Made by a program: the position numbers and the translations under genes
Source of the DNA: Eledone cirrhosa
Taxonomy: Eukaryota
NCBI GenBank assembly: GCA_964016885.1
Contig: OZ024740.1
Location: forward strand, 401,574,001 to 401,638,000
Length of the DNA stretch: 64,000 nt
Reading direction: 5' to 3'
Shown: piece after piece, positions 28,558-43,935 of the stretch
Layout: each line of letters opens with the position of its first letter
Numbering within the stretch: position 1 is the first letter of the stretch
The notes under the pieces: generated by a model
The model's database searches: none
What the model was told of the DNA's origin: nothing
Seen by the model: the letters and a program-made list of their open reading frames with translations, nothing else

Positions 28558-28674
28558 ATATATATATATTGCCAGTTGCTAATCGCTTTACCGTGTCGGT
28601 TGTCACAAACAGTCATGACCGGCGCGGGCCGGTGTTTGGATTCTGTCGATCGAGTGGTTATTGATTAGGCGATA

Positions 28675-28784
28675 CCCGCTGATGAAGCCGCATAAGCCGA
28701 TTGTGCATTGTTGCATAATATATGCAGACAGATGGTGCAGTGCACCTTACTGCTGCATTAGTGCGGCAGAAACTCGAGTCCGGG
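28675..28784 (+). ncRNA. Intact type I hammerhead with extended stem II, within a GC-rich insert (28570-28925)
   Basis: cccg-CTGATGA(28679)-a-gccgca...tgcggc-a-GAAAC(28769)-tcga-GTC-cggg. Confidence 0.9.
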
Positions 28785-28925
28785 AACCTTATAGGCCGTT
28801 TTACGTGTGTTGTGTTGAGGCAAATAACTATGTGTATACTCTGGTAATGTATCTTACATTGCCTATTGAGTGCGCTGAGATACACCCGGTACTGGCATTG
28901 ATAAATATTCTGGGTCCGTCAACCC

Positions 28926-28975
<50 letters not shown>

Positions 28976-30056
28976 GTTATTGTTATTCCTTGAATCTCAG
29001 TCATTGATGTTGGTTAACTGGAAAGTCCGTTGGATTGAATATCAAGCCACTACCTGCAGCCTCAGATATTCAGGACGTATCGGAGGGTTCTTGCCGTTCC
29101 AAGCAAGCATGCCTTTTGAAGCGTTCCAAACAGCATGAAGGGGCCGATTTTCTTTAACCATCCCTGGAAACCTTTGGAGATAGTCCCCAGTGCGCCTATG
29201 ACAATCGGGATCACTTTGACTTCATGGCAGTTCCAAATCCTTTTCACCTCCCACTTTAGGTCCTGGTATCGGTTAATTTTCTCCCTCTCCTTCTCTTGCA
29301 CTCTCGTGTCGAACGGGCAGGCCACATCCACAATCAGGCACGATCTTTTTTCTTTGTCCACAACCACCAGGTCAGGTCTATTGTGTTCCAGTTTTTTGTC
29401 CGTCTGTATCCTAAAATCCCACAGCACCTTCACCTGACTGTTCTCCATCACCGCCTCTGGCCTATTCTCATACCATTTCTCAGAATGTGGTAGATTGTTT
29501 ACTTTGCACAGGTGCCAGTGGATCACCCTGCCCATCACATCGTGTCTCCAGCCCTTATAGTGGGTCTGGGCTAGGTGTTTACACTCGGACACAATGTGAG
29601 CCACAGTCTCCTCTCTCTCTCCACAGATCCTGCACAGTGGGCTAGCCTCCTCCTTGTAGATATGGTGCTTCAACCACTTCGTTTTGAGGGCCTGCTCCTG
29701 CGCAGCCATTAGCATTCCTTCTGTAGCCTTTTTGAGGTCTCCTCTTCTCAACCAGTTCCATGTCTGTGGATCTCTAAATTCAGTTTTCTCAAAGAAGGTA
29801 CTATGAAGGGATTTTCCCTTAAGGCTGCTCTTCCTCCTTGATGTTATTTCCTCCTTGGATATCCCCTGGCCTACTGTCCCCTCCTTCAGTACAGCTCTGA
29901 GCATTGGCTCCTTACTATAGGTCACGTATTTGTATAGGTTGTTTTTCTCCATCTGAACACAGTCCTCTATGCTGATAAGACCTCTTCCACCCTCAGATCT
30001 CCTTAGGTAGAGTCTATCGACATCACTCCTCTTGTGGAACATGTTGTAGATAGTCA

Positions 30057-30057
<1 letters not shown>
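28976..30057 (-). mobile_element. R4/Dong-type LINE copy A, 5'-truncated, open 331 aa C-terminal ORF
   Basis: CCHC knuckle CRICGEREETVAHIVSEC, RHD motif, RLE motif PDLVVVD...D, KY-like motif; (ATT)n on both sides. Confidence 0.93.
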
Positions 30058-30112
<55 letters not shown>

Positions 30113-30113
<1 letters not shown>

Positions 30114-31804
30114 GTTGTTATTACTCTTTGAGTCACAGTCATTGATGTTAGTTAACTGGAAAGTTTGTTGAAATGAATATCAAGCCACTACCTGCAGCCT
30201 CAGATATTCAGGACGTATCGGAGGGTTCTTGCTGTTCCCAGCAAGCATGCCTTTTGAAGCGTTCCAAAAAGCGTGAAGGGGCCAATTTTCTTTAACCATC
30301 CCTGGAAACTTTTTGAGATAGTCCCTATTGCGCCTATGACAATCGGGATCACTTTGACTTCATGGCAGTTCCAAATCCTTTTTACCTCCCACTTTAAGTC
30401 CTGGTATCGGTCAATTTTCTCCCTCCCCTTCTCTTGCACTCTCGTGTCGAATGGACAGGCCACATCCACAATCAGGCACGATCTTTTTTCTTTGTCCACA
30501 ACCACCAGGTCAGGTCTATTGTGTTCTAGTTTCTTGTCCGTCTGTATCCTAAAATCCCACAGCACCTTCACCTGATCGTTTTCTACCACCGCCTCTGGCT
30601 TATGCTCATACCACTTCTCAGAATGTGGTAAATTGTTTACTTTGCATAGGTGCCAGTGGATCACCCTGCCCATCACATCATGTCTCCAGCCCTTATAGTG
30701 AGTCTGGGCTAGGTGTTTACACTCGGATACAATGTGAGCCACAGTCTCCTCTCTCTCTCCACAGATCCTGCACAGTGGGCTAGCCTCCTCCTTGTAAATA
30801 TGGTGTTTCAACCACTACGTTTTGAGGGCCTGCTCCTGCGCAGCCATTAACATTCCTTCTGTAGCCTTTTTAAGGTCTCCTCTTTTCAACCAGTTCCATG
30901 TCTGTGGATCTCTAAATTCAGTTTTCTCAAAGAAGGTACTATGAAGGGATTTTTCCTGAAGGCTGCTCTTTCTCCTTGATGTTATTTCCTCCTTGGACAT
31001 CCCCTGGCCTATTGTCCCCTCCTTCAGTGCAGTTCTGAGCATTGGCTCCTTACTATCAGTCACGTATTTGTGTAGGTTGTTTTTCTCCATCTGAACACAG
31101 TCCTCTTTGCTGATAAGACCTCTTCCACCCTCAGATCTCCTTAAGTAGAGTCTATCGACATCACTCCTCTTGTGGAACATGTTGTAGATAGTCAATAGCT
31201 TCCTAGTCTTCCTATCCATTTCTTTCTGTTCAGCAACATTCCATCTCAGAATTCCCGCTCTGTACCTAATAGACACAGCTCGGGAATTTACTGCACTTAT
31301 GGCATTCCTACTGTTCAGATGTGACTTACTCTCCGAATGTATTCGGTTCTTATCAATTCCTTCATTTTTTTGTTCTTGATGTCATCAGCCTCCAGAACGC
31401 CCAAATACTTGTATCCTTCTTCAGAGTCAATTTCCTTTATCATCTCACCCGTTGGTACCTAGATTCAGTTACTTCTGCTCAACTTACCCCTCTTCATCAC
31501 AATGACTCCACACTTACTAATACCAAATTGCATACATATATCATTGGTGAAAATACGGACAGTGTCAACAAGCACATCCAACTCCTTCTCACTCTTCCTG
31601 AAGAGCTTAAGATCGTCCATGAGAGGAGGTGATTGATGGTAAGTCCTCCCTTTCCCAACCTGTATCCTGCTGTCACTTTTTGCAGTACACTGGTCAGGGG
31701 CATCAGGGCAAGGAGAAACAACAGAGGGGACAGACTATCTCCCTGGAAGATACCTCTCTTGATCTTCACGCTTCCCAAGGATTCTCCAGTTGATGTTAAC
31801 TCTG

Positions 31805-31807
<3 letters not shown>
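30113..31807 (-). mobile_element. R4/Dong-type LINE copy B, 5'-truncated within RT, with a stop and frameshifts
   Basis: RT motifs QGDSLSPLLF and NHLL..MDDLK, then the same knuckle and RLE as copy A; (ATT)n at 30058-30112 and 31807-31861. Confidence 0.93.
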
Positions 31808-31878
<71 letters not shown>

Positions 31879-32764
31879 AATATGAATATTCATATAGCAA
31901 ACTATCGCATTATGAAATTGATAAAGATTCATCATTTATTTTTAAGCTCGAAAGAAAAAAAAGGCTATTGTCTTTGATTTGTTGTATTCATCTTGAATAC
32001 AAATATCTTACAAAATTAGTATGTAGATATATCGTACAAAATTTGAAAGTAAATAAAGATGGATTGAGCCGAAAATATCATACCAAACTTTAATAATATG
32101 GTGACTGTAGTCTTTTTCTTGCAACCAAGCATTTTCGGTATTGATAGCAAAATTTGCGATACTTGACTGGAATATAGATCTAAGTAGTTCGATAGCTATT
32201 AAACCCCACATGATGATATCAGCTGGACTCTTCCATATAAAAGTGATATCAATCAGCCATGTCTTAAAAAAATGGGAAATTCTTAAAATCAGTGTAGATA
32301 AACTTTGAATGTCTTACAATATCCATTGGACAGCCTCTGCAAAATAATGACAGCAGCAATTTAGGTATTATCCAAGTAAATAGGAAACCCAGATAACGTC
32401 GACCCGGAATCTTTACGCAAAATATTATATACACTAGAGTCTGTTCCATGCCAGTATGTTCTGAATGACTGTCGCTGTTGAAATATTAACGAATCTTGAA
32501 ACAGCGTTGTTTGACACTCTCTGAATATACCGGCAATTCTATGATATATTCAAAGAGGAAATAGAGAAACATATTTTTTTCCATTTCGTTTCGTTTTCGT
32601 TTCGATACAAAAATATTTTATTCTGCAGAGAGTCTACCCATGTATTTATTGTATATAAACCTAATATATATGTATTTATATGTCTGCATATACAACTCTA
32701 ATACTATACACATACATGCACACATACATACATACATACATACATACATACATACATACATACA

Positions 32765-33320
32765 TGCAATCCATTGGTGGAACAGTAAAAATATGTAAAA
32801 TATTCCAAAAGTTTTGCATCTAGTAACTGCATATACACATGTACAGATACAAAGCATATACACATGCACACATACAACTCAATACATACACATCCACACA
32901 TGCAGTGGCATCCATATCTACACATGCAGGCATACATACATATCTACCTAGTTGATGTTGTGTAAATTCCAATGAGAGAGTCTTGTGTCTATGTTAGAAA
33001 CCGACTCTCTCTCTATTGGTAAAACTTTGTGGGATTATAAAGCCATACATACAAACCATTAATGGAACTGTAAATATATGTAAAATATTCCAAACATTCT
33101 ACATGTAATAACCTCATAAACAAATGTACAGATACAAAATATATGCACATGCACACATATAACTCAAAACATACACATTCATATCTGCACACACATGCAC
33201 AAAAGTAGACACGCGTACATATCTGCCTAGATGATATTGTTGAAATTCCAATGACAGAGTCTTGTGTCTATGTTAGAAACCAACTCTATTGGTAAAAAAA
33301 TTATAAAATTATAAAACCAG
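32765..33320 (+). repeat. Diverged tandem dimer of about 290 bp
   Basis: gtaaaatattccaaa and ttccaatga.agagtcttgtgtctatgttagaaacc..ctctattggtaaaa each occur twice. Confidence 0.8.
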
Positions 33321-33333
33321 AACATATATACAT

Positions 33334-33387
<54 letters not shown>

Positions 33388-34844
33388 GCGTGTGTGTGTG
33401 TGTGTGTTTATTAGACTATTTTCTTTTCTACAAAATTATATGTAGAATGAAATTATCAATCATTGTCAACGCAAAATTATATTCTAGCTTGGGGCTATGA
33501 GTATTATGCTTTTCAGTTGCTCAAATGTTTTGTGTTTGCTATGTAATACTCGGTGGAATGCTATATTTATTTTTCATTTTGTTTATTTGTCACGTATATA
33601 TCATTTTATACACAGCAGTAATACATCATTTATGATCGGATCGGTGGACGATTATGAAGGTAGCATAGTATTTTACATGCGATAAACTTACAATAAATAA
33701 CTATTCAATTCAATCATCGTGAAAAGTATCCCAAATACTAGAATGTCAGCACTATTGTTTTCGTAGCTTTGAGATGGTATGTGTTTAACACTTTTGGTCA
33801 TTGTCTTGGGCATTTTCTTGGACGTCTGCCTTCCTTTTGGAAGAATTTCAATTATAACATTTCAGTTTTTTATGGAATTACAATGCATTAGCAAAAAGGA
33901 TATTTGGTAGATATTAAATATGTATACTTGTGTGTGAGTGTGTCTGTGCGTTTATTCCCTGCCTCTACAATTTTTTTAGCTATGTCAGAACACAATATAT
34001 TTGTTTTCATCTCCAAGAATTTAGAGTTACTCTAAGCTCCTGGCAAACTTAGCTTGTTATTCATGTCTTCAGATATTCTTTTTGTTTACTTTTATTTTTT
34101 CCGTTTTTTATTCCAAGTTTTACTGCGTAATTGTAAATCGATGCATGGGATTGTTTGTATATTTCGTTTTTTTAATCTTTCAGTCTTTCTCTAGCTGGCT
34201 GTGAACATATCTCAATTTCTTCGTGCACTTGTGGGTGTGTCTGTGTGCATTATTTTGATTTGGGGCATTATATGTGAATGTTTGGTTGAGGCTTATAACC
34301 GATTAAGCAGGTTAAATATTTTACTGGTATACTTTTTTTGTTGGTGTTGTCTCAAGTGACCTAAAACTAAAGTGGACCCAAATAGAATATAAACGGAGAT
34401 ATATTGCAATCATATCTGATAAGTATGTGAATTCATTTAATATAATATTCAAAATCACCAAGACTATTCTTTAAAACAAATAGTGTTCCCGCTGTATTAT
34501 TTGATTTTTCGATAATATTGTTTCAAGTTTTTTTCATGGTTCGATAATATGGTTTTATATTAATCAAGGAAGCTAGATTAACTACCTGGATTAAAATCGG
34601 AAAAATAAGAGTATATCATATACCGACATGACAAAAAGTACGTTTATAATTAATTTACTGGGTGGTTGATGCAAGATAAGCAATGTTGGTGTGGCGTGTG
34701 TCAGGCATTCGCTGTGAATTATGCAAACACTATTTTTAATTTAACAAAGTGGTTTTAGTCTCTCAATGACCAATCTCAGTTTCTCCAAATATTTTGGTGT
34801 TTGAATCATTTGCAAAATCATGGAAATATGTGGAATAAATACTA

Positions 34845-35142
34845 AATAATTGTTTCTACTTTTGGCACAAGGCCAGCAATTGCCCAGTGTATTACTGGTA
34901 CTTTATTTTATCGACCCCGTAAGGATGAAAGGCAAAGTTAATCTCGGCGGGATTTGAACTCAGAATCGCAAGGGCCGTAACTCTATGCGTCAAAGCATGG
35001 CGTCCGACGGTCTACCGATACTGCCGATTCACCGCCCTATACTAAATAATTGTTTCTACTTTTGGCACAAGGCCAGCAATTATCCAATGCATTACTGGTA
35101 CTTTATTATATCGACCCCGGAAGGATGAAAGGCAAAGTTAAC
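34845..35142 (-). mobile_element. Full SINE (34845-35038) plus a partial copy (35045-35142)
   Basis: A-box, B-box, core and tail on the minus strand. Confidence 0.88.
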
Positions 35143-35494
35143 TATACTAAATAATAATATCTAATCTACTGTAATCTGTAAAATATCTTAAACATTTTAT
35201 AAGATTCAATAGTCGATTAAAATAGCCATAGGCCAGTGGATTCTCTCATATAATTAAAAGAAACGGTTAATCTGGTATACTCTCCATGAACACCAATCTT
35301 ATATCAGAACGATGGCCTGAATTGACAGAGATCAGTTTTGTATTCTATCAACACTAGAAATTAAATTCAAAACTGTACACTGCATCAAGTTACAACTTCG
35401 CGTACTAAAACAAAGAACTTTGTCTTCTTCCTTGTAATAGTCCAACACTGGCATTAAAATACGTAGGCTGGTTTTCTGATTCATATTTTGTCAG

Positions 35495-35633
35495 CTAGCT
35501 GAATTCCAATCCCGCCTGGGTTACCATTGCCTTACAGGGTCGATAAAATAAAGTACCATCACGCAATGGGGTCGATTTAATCGACTTTCCCCTTCCCCAA
35601 AATTGCTGACCTTGTGCCTATATAAGGAACCAT
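35495..35633 (+). mobile_element. Degenerate SINE
   Basis: agggtcgataaaataaagtacc...ggggtcgatttaatcgac...ccttgtgcc. Confidence 0.7.
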
Positions 35634-36017
35634 ATTTTCTCAGCTTGCTACGATTTCGTATTTATTTATTTATTTATTTATCATTTTTTTTAAATTAATA
35701 AATTTATATTAAAGTTAAGGAAAGTGCAATCATTGGCCATAACCTTCATAGGCGGATGATATTTATACAGTTGAGATACGAGAAGTAAAGGGCGATATAC
35801 CCGACGACATTGATTTCTCAGTCTACACAAATAAACAAATAAAGAGAAAAATTATAGTAAAATATCTATTTAACTTCTCTCTGTTTCTCTTTCTTTCTTT
35901 TTCCAATGGCCGACTGAATACACACGTGTGTTTTTTTTCTCCCCATTTTTTTCTCATTTTCCCCTTTCCTTCCTCCCATCACTCTTTACTTTCTATTTAT
36001 CTTTTATTTCTAATTCT

Positions 36018-36130
36018 ATCTTTTGATGAAGGACAAGTGCCGAAACGGTAAGAATCTCTTCTATTTCAAGCGTTAAACTTATATATATCCTCCATGTATT
36101 TTGTCGACTTTTTGTTATTTTGTTACCTAC
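36018..36130 (+). mobile_element. Old hammerhead-bearing repeat, degenerate; relative at 38226-38345
   Basis: ttgatga-aggac..gcc-GAAAC-ggta and ctaatga-aggac-tagc-gtcc-GAAAC; shared tcaagcgttaaact downstream. Confidence 0.55.
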
Positions 36131-36419
36131 ATTGGTTTTTCACATTAAGAGCAAAAGATGGTACGAACAATATGACGTATTTCTGTCTAGGTTTTTTTCT
36201 TTCTAGATGTGGGCGGTGATCGGAGAATAAGTGATCCTTTCGGAGTAGCCGCTGTTGTTTAGTGATGCGTTGTAGTAGGGTGCTGCCCTATCAAAATGTA
36301 TTTGCTAGAAGAGAGGTTAGATAACCTTTTGCCAATGTTATTAATGAGGTTTTTAAATACTACTGGCGGTGTGGCTAGAGTCCTTATGAATATAACTAAG
36401 TTTCTAACAGGGTTTGTGG

Positions 36420-36955
36420 AATGGTAAACGTTCAGCAGCTTCGGCATCATCTTCGTACTGATCTTCCGCATACCCAAATCTTCGGTGATAATCTTAAAAA
36501 CGCTGTCCTGTTTCATGCCCAGTTCACTTACGATCAGTTGAACAGTCAGCTGACGATCACTATGTATCAACTGCTTCACTCACTGCTCCTGGTGACTTCT
36601 TCCACACCTTGCGACCCTCTTTGAAGGTTTTCTGCCACTCGAAACCCGAGACCGTGACATCGTTTCATCTCCGATCACTTACTACACTATTCCGAATGCT
36701 TCTAACGGAGATTTCCACAACTGGACCACATACTTCATGCTGGTTCCTTGCTCTGTGCACATAACTCGACGGTGTAAACTTGAGAAGCTACTAACTAAAG
36801 CACGTGAAAACACATACAATGGCTACAGAGCGCTGATATCGCAGCTATATACTCCCCGGATATTACGTCACACGGTGACGCAACCCACTATTCCTTACTT
36901 TGCTCATAACACACACAGCAGAGTAAGAGCTGTTACATTTCTGACATACCTCGTA
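36420..36955 (-). mobile_element. Mariner DNA transposon 5' remnant with TIR
   Basis: TA-cgaggtatgtcagaaa terminal sequence at 36955; GDETMSRSRV.EW..FKEGR and SDRQLTVQLIVSELG..IITEDLGMRKISTKMMPKLL match mariner N-terminal HTH regions. Confidence 0.85.
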
Positions 36956-37551
36956 TATATCTTTCTCTCCATATATTAATATATATATACACACACACAC
37001 ACGTGTGTGTGTGAGAGTGTGGTATGTACGCATACGGCACGCAGACAATCACACACTCATTACTACAAATTAGCTTTCAATATTATCCACTTTAATAGCA
37101 ATTTTTAAACCCATACATTTTACTTGATCTTATTTTATTTTATTCTATTCACTAATTTATTTACTAATTTGTTAAACCAATTGTCCATTTGCTTCTATAT
37201 AAACCACTTTATATTTTATTCTTTACTTAAAAATACTCCTTAAACTTCTAACCCCTCCACTCCAATTCAAATGACCATTTCAGCCCTATTCCTCCTCCAC
37301 TCCTGACCACTAACCCCCCACACACACATTAATTCCTTCACCTAACCCCTTAGTCAGTCTAGATACATTTACCGTTCTCTGCCCTGCAACATTATCATTA
37401 CAATGATAAATTTGAACAGAGCACTACCAAACCAAAAGACCTATTTTGTCAACACCCTGCAAAAATTAACACACCGTTGTAAGGGCCAGTTGAATGCACA
37501 AGCCGAAACCGTTTGGCACCACGCTCAAGAATTTACTTCTCTCATTTTCTA

Positions 37552-37592
<41 letters not shown>

Positions 37593-37593
<1 letters not shown>

Positions 37594-37796
37594 ACGAAGG
37601 AAATGTGGTAGGGAACCAGGTGGACCATAACGCACCAAAATACTCAATACTTAGGGTAGTAGAGTGGGTAATAGGAACGAGTAGGACCCCAACGGCTGAG
37701 CTCAAGCCGTTTCGACGGCTAATTCTGGACTAAAATGTCCAGAATTAGCCGTCGAAACGGCTTGAGCTCAGCCGTCGGGGTCCTACTCGTCCCTAT
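37593..37796. mobile_element. Family A palindromic element
   Basis: Same arms and breakpoints as 28351-28557. Confidence 0.85.
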
Positions 37797-37811
37797 ATAT
37801 ATATATATATC

Positions 37812-37945
37812 AATGATATTAATAAATGGAAACTATATTTATAAAACCATATTTATTCTATTATATATATTTCAAGGGTACCAAAACTTTGGTACACTCT
37901 CACCAGATAAAATACAAAGTTTGTTTTATAAATATTGACATATGC
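37812..37945 (-). mobile_element. Degenerate hammerhead element related to 62650-62851
   Basis: Minus strand tttat-CTGGTGA...gtacc/ggtac-ctt-GAAA-tatat-ATA; shares aaatggaaactatatttataaaac. Confidence 0.55.
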
Positions 37946-38088
37946 AGGAAGGAGATATTAACAGTTCAAGTATTTTTTTGGTAACGGAGTAGTTATATTT
38001 TGTGTTGTTCACTTTCTAATTAAATAGCTCTGTTCTATACATAGAGAACTCTTTTTTTCTTTGCTTTTCCTTTGGAATTACGTAACAT

Positions 38089-38121
<33 letters not shown>

Positions 38122-38130
38122 AATATATAT

Positions 38131-38164
<34 letters not shown>

Positions 38165-38344
38165 ATAGGTATATATATATATTTCCAACCCACCCGTCCC
38201 TTCAATCTTTCTTATTTCTCATTCTTTCTCCTAATGAAGGACTAGCGTCCGAAACATTAAGACCCTCTTCCTGATATATCAAGCGTTAAACTAATATATT
38301 CCTTCGATATACTGTACTGATTGTCTTGTTATTTCTGTTTACCT

Positions 38345-38396
<52 letters not shown>

Positions 38397-38419
38397 ACAC
38401 ACACATATATATATATATA

Positions 38420-38900
38420 TATGCTTCGTTTATAACAAATTATAGATATACTGCTATATATATTTCGGTGACAGCCATCATTGGCTGTGACCTCTTCAGG
38501 CAGTCCGAATTAGTGTGGGAAGGACAGGTTCACATGTTGTTGAAGTGTGTTTTACTCCGTCAATCCATCGATATGTCCTGCTCCTGGTAGTGTTGTTATT
38601 TCTCTTAGGAACTGGAATCATGATTCCAGTTCCTAACACACTTCAACAACATGAGTACCTGTCTTTTCCACACTAATTCGGACTGCCTGAAGAGATCACA
38701 GCCAATGATAGCTGTCACCGAAATATATATAGCAGTATATTTATAATTTGTAATAAACGAAGCCAAATTTTACATATTTGACTTAATTATTTTACATTAC
38801 TCCGGAGTAAACTAACCAACCTGCGTACTTCGTCGAGTGCTCCAATCTGCATACTGAGGTGTCGGTAAACAACCAACATATACTAAAAGAAAAAAAAAAA
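38420..38900. mobile_element. Palindromic element with two divergent intact hammerheads (38450-38504 minus, 38682-38736 plus)
   Basis: actgc-CTGAAGA-..acagc/gctgt..-GAAA-tatat-ATA-gcagt; perfect 32 bp palindrome at 38605-38636. Confidence 0.82.
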
Positions 38901-39417
38901 ATATATATATATATATCTATTAGATATATATATACCATTTCCTGGTATAGTCCATAAAACTAGACGGATCTTTCCAATGTCCTGCAATAATATATTTCGT
39001 GATTGTAGGAAATTATTAATTTAAAATATAAATGCTTTATCTAAATTTGCATAAAACTGTGTCAGGTATGCGCCTCTTCAAGATCTGCTTAATTACCTGA
39101 TCGTAGCGCCAGCCCTTATCATAAGCAAATTAAAAATAGAGATATAATTATTATTTGGCTACCATTTTATTCGGCATTAGGTTGAACTGTAAAATATATT
39201 AGTCTTATTCCTGATTCAAACATGGTAAAAAGCATAAAATACTATTTTCTGATAAAATAATCATTAACGTTAGTCAGCACCATTTCCGGTCTGAACCTAC
39301 TTCTCATTATTTCCTTTTTCTCTCTCTCTCTCCATCTCCCTCACTCTCTCTCACATTGCAGTGAAACAATATATATATATATATACACAAAAAATATGGA
39401 TTGAGGAAGGCGAGGCT

Positions 39418-39457
<40 letters not shown>

Positions 39458-39689
39458 CGTACAAGCATATAAGCACTTCCCCTCATTCTTTTCTAACTTT
39501 CTCTTTATCTGTCACTCTCCGATTTCTTATTCTCTCTCCCACCCGCAAGAACATATTACACACTGAATAAATACTAGATTTGTATTTAAATTACAGACAC
39601 GGGTTTTAGTTTTGTTTGCCTGATTTGAATTATAGGCAGGATGTTGCCTCACTGTTAGTTGGTTTTATATCATTTTATATTATACTTTA

Positions 39690-41110
<1,421 letters not shown>

Positions 41111-41540
41111 AACTTTGGTGTTATTAACAATGGTACAACATAAATATTTCTCGCGTTGCCCTGTTGATAGGTGGCTCTGATATTTTGTCCGACAGACAGT
41201 TGCTTCACTGCGACTATATATCTCCCACTGCGTCGTTAATATTGCCGTTGTTAACTCGACTCCATCCTACCATTTTATATGGGAGTGGCGCATACGTTGC
41301 CAGATAATACGAGGTGTAAGTTGATAAATAATATATACAGAGTACAAACACATAAACATAAGTGAAAACAAATATTTGTTTGAAAATTAATAGACAATGC
41401 AAATGACAAAGTGTTTGAGAAACGGGGAATAGAGAATTAACAAGACGTATACAAATAATAAAAAAAAGTGGAATATGTAGAAGCACAAAAGCCCATATGC
41501 ACTGGCACAGATATACACACATGGATACACACACACTCTC

Positions 41541-41587
<47 letters not shown>

Positions 41588-41589
<2 letters not shown>

Positions 41590-41730
41590 TTCGGATTAAG
41601 CTGTCGAAACGGTCGGAGCTCAGCCGTCGGGGTCGTGACTATTTTCTTACTACCCACTATACTACCCTAAGTATCGAGTACTCTGGTACGTTATGGTCCA
41701 CCTGATTCCTTACCACACCTTGTTTGTCAT
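41588..41730 (+). mobile_element. Family A single-arm copy
   Basis: gtcGAAACggtc..agccGTCggggtc...ttatggtccacctg. Confidence 0.75.
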
Positions 41731-41746
41731 ATATATATATATATAG

Positions 41747-42075
<329 letters not shown>

Positions 42076-42860
42076 CTATATTGTAGTACTTCACTGTTTT
42101 CATTGGTAAGCTCGATGCACTTTACCGTCTTCTGTTCATCAGGAGTGAAAAGAACTGAATGAAAAGAAAATGAATTAAAGACAGCTCAGGTAGTTGAGCA
42201 TTTAATATTCAAAGTTTAAGAAAGCCAATGGTAGAATGTTATTGCTTATTTATAAATCTCTACGGTATCTAGGACGATATTATCTATTTCGACCTCTCTT
42301 TTAAAAAGATTTTAGATGAGATTTGAGAATTATTTTGCTAGTTTTATGATGTCGAACGACCACCAAGAAGCAATTATCAAGGATTGTGAATGATGTGCTA
42401 TATTTGTAGCTGTATTCTTTCTGGGATGTATTTGCGAAATATTCTCCATCAGCTGGTTTAGTCGGGATATCAGGAAATAGCAGTTAGACTGAGTGAGCAT
42501 GCGTGGTTTTTAACTGCACCGGAAATGAATGAGACCCAACACCGTCAAAATCACAATCTTGCATTATTAGACACATATGTTTCTCAAGTGGTTACAACAC
42601 TAATAGTATGGCTCAATATGTATATTTAATTAAACCATGTGGACTATGATGTGGTAAATAATTTACCTTAATAATAATATGAAAATATGCCGGCAGCTGT
42701 ACAAATTGATACACACACACTGTCACACACCTACCAACCCACACACATATACATGTATATCTTTATACCTACTTCAAATAGACGTGCTTTCTATGTGAAA
42801 TAAAATGAGGTACCCGTATTGAAAATATTTCTTTAGCTTTAACTGAAATCCTTTCCATAT

Positions 42861-42950
<90 letters not shown>

Positions 42951-43499
42951 TCTCTCTCTCTATCTCTTTCTCTCCCTATCTATATATATATACATATATA
43001 TATCTGTATATATATATCTTGGCTGAAGGTATCGGTTTTTGCAGCGTTCAATATCTGCCATCGTGTGATGCGGTAAGCCGTCGAGGTAGGAACTGAAGTC
43101 AACTATCATCTCCCGAACTCGCCCCGAAAAGCCGAGCCAAGTGCTGGCGAAAACTTTTGAACAATAAAGTGGTTATACTTCTACAATATACAAGATATTT
43201 AAAATATTTTTAATACAATTTCTAGTAATATTTAATTATAGAAAGATACAAGAAGATTTTGTTAAACATCAAAGGGCTATGTGCGTCCGCAAGAATAAAA
43301 TTGGTATCCATGGGATTTATACGTAAAACAAAAAGGTTTAGAACCACTTATCTAATGTGATCAGTCATAGTAAAACTTTAAAATACTTTGAAGCAAATAT
43401 ATCCAGTTTATGAAATAATTACCCGAGTAAGATTTCAAGTATGTATGAAACTATTAAAAATGTTCATATATGCAATGTATTATACATATATAAAGGTGA

Positions 43500-43935
43500 A
43501 TATTGGTTTCTTATATAGGCACAAGGCCAGCAATTTTGGGGGAGGGGAAATTCGATTAAATCGGCCCAGTGCGTGACTGGTACTTTATTTTATCGACCCC
43601 GTAAGGATGAACGGCAAAGTTAACCTCAGAGGGATTTGAATTTAGATCATAAAGGGCCGTGACTCTATGTTGCAAAGCATGGCGTCCGACCCTCTACCGT
43701 TACTGCCAATCCACCGCGCTTCAAATTTCAAACATTATTTCTTATAAATGGAATGGCTGTATCGGTAGAGAGTCGGACACCATGCTTTGAAGCATAGAGT
43801 TACGTCCCTTTATGATCTGAGTTCAAATCCCGCCGAGGTTAACTTTGCCTTTCATCCTTACGGGGTCGATAAAATAAAGTACCAATAATGTACTGGTTAA
43901 TTGCTGGCCTTGTGCATAAAATAGAAACAATTATT
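43500..43935. mobile_element. Head-to-head SINE pair (43500-43718 minus, 43750-43935 plus)
   Basis: Both copies carry A/B boxes, core and tail in opposite orientations. Confidence 0.88.

Noticed and set aside
29135-30575. Plus-strand 100 aa ORFs at 29135 and 30273
   Set aside because: Antisense shadows of the Dong ORFs
42090-42150. Minus-strand CTGATGA...GAAA with ttcact/agtgaa stem I
   Set aside because: Stem III and cleavage triplet are missing; at best a decayed motif
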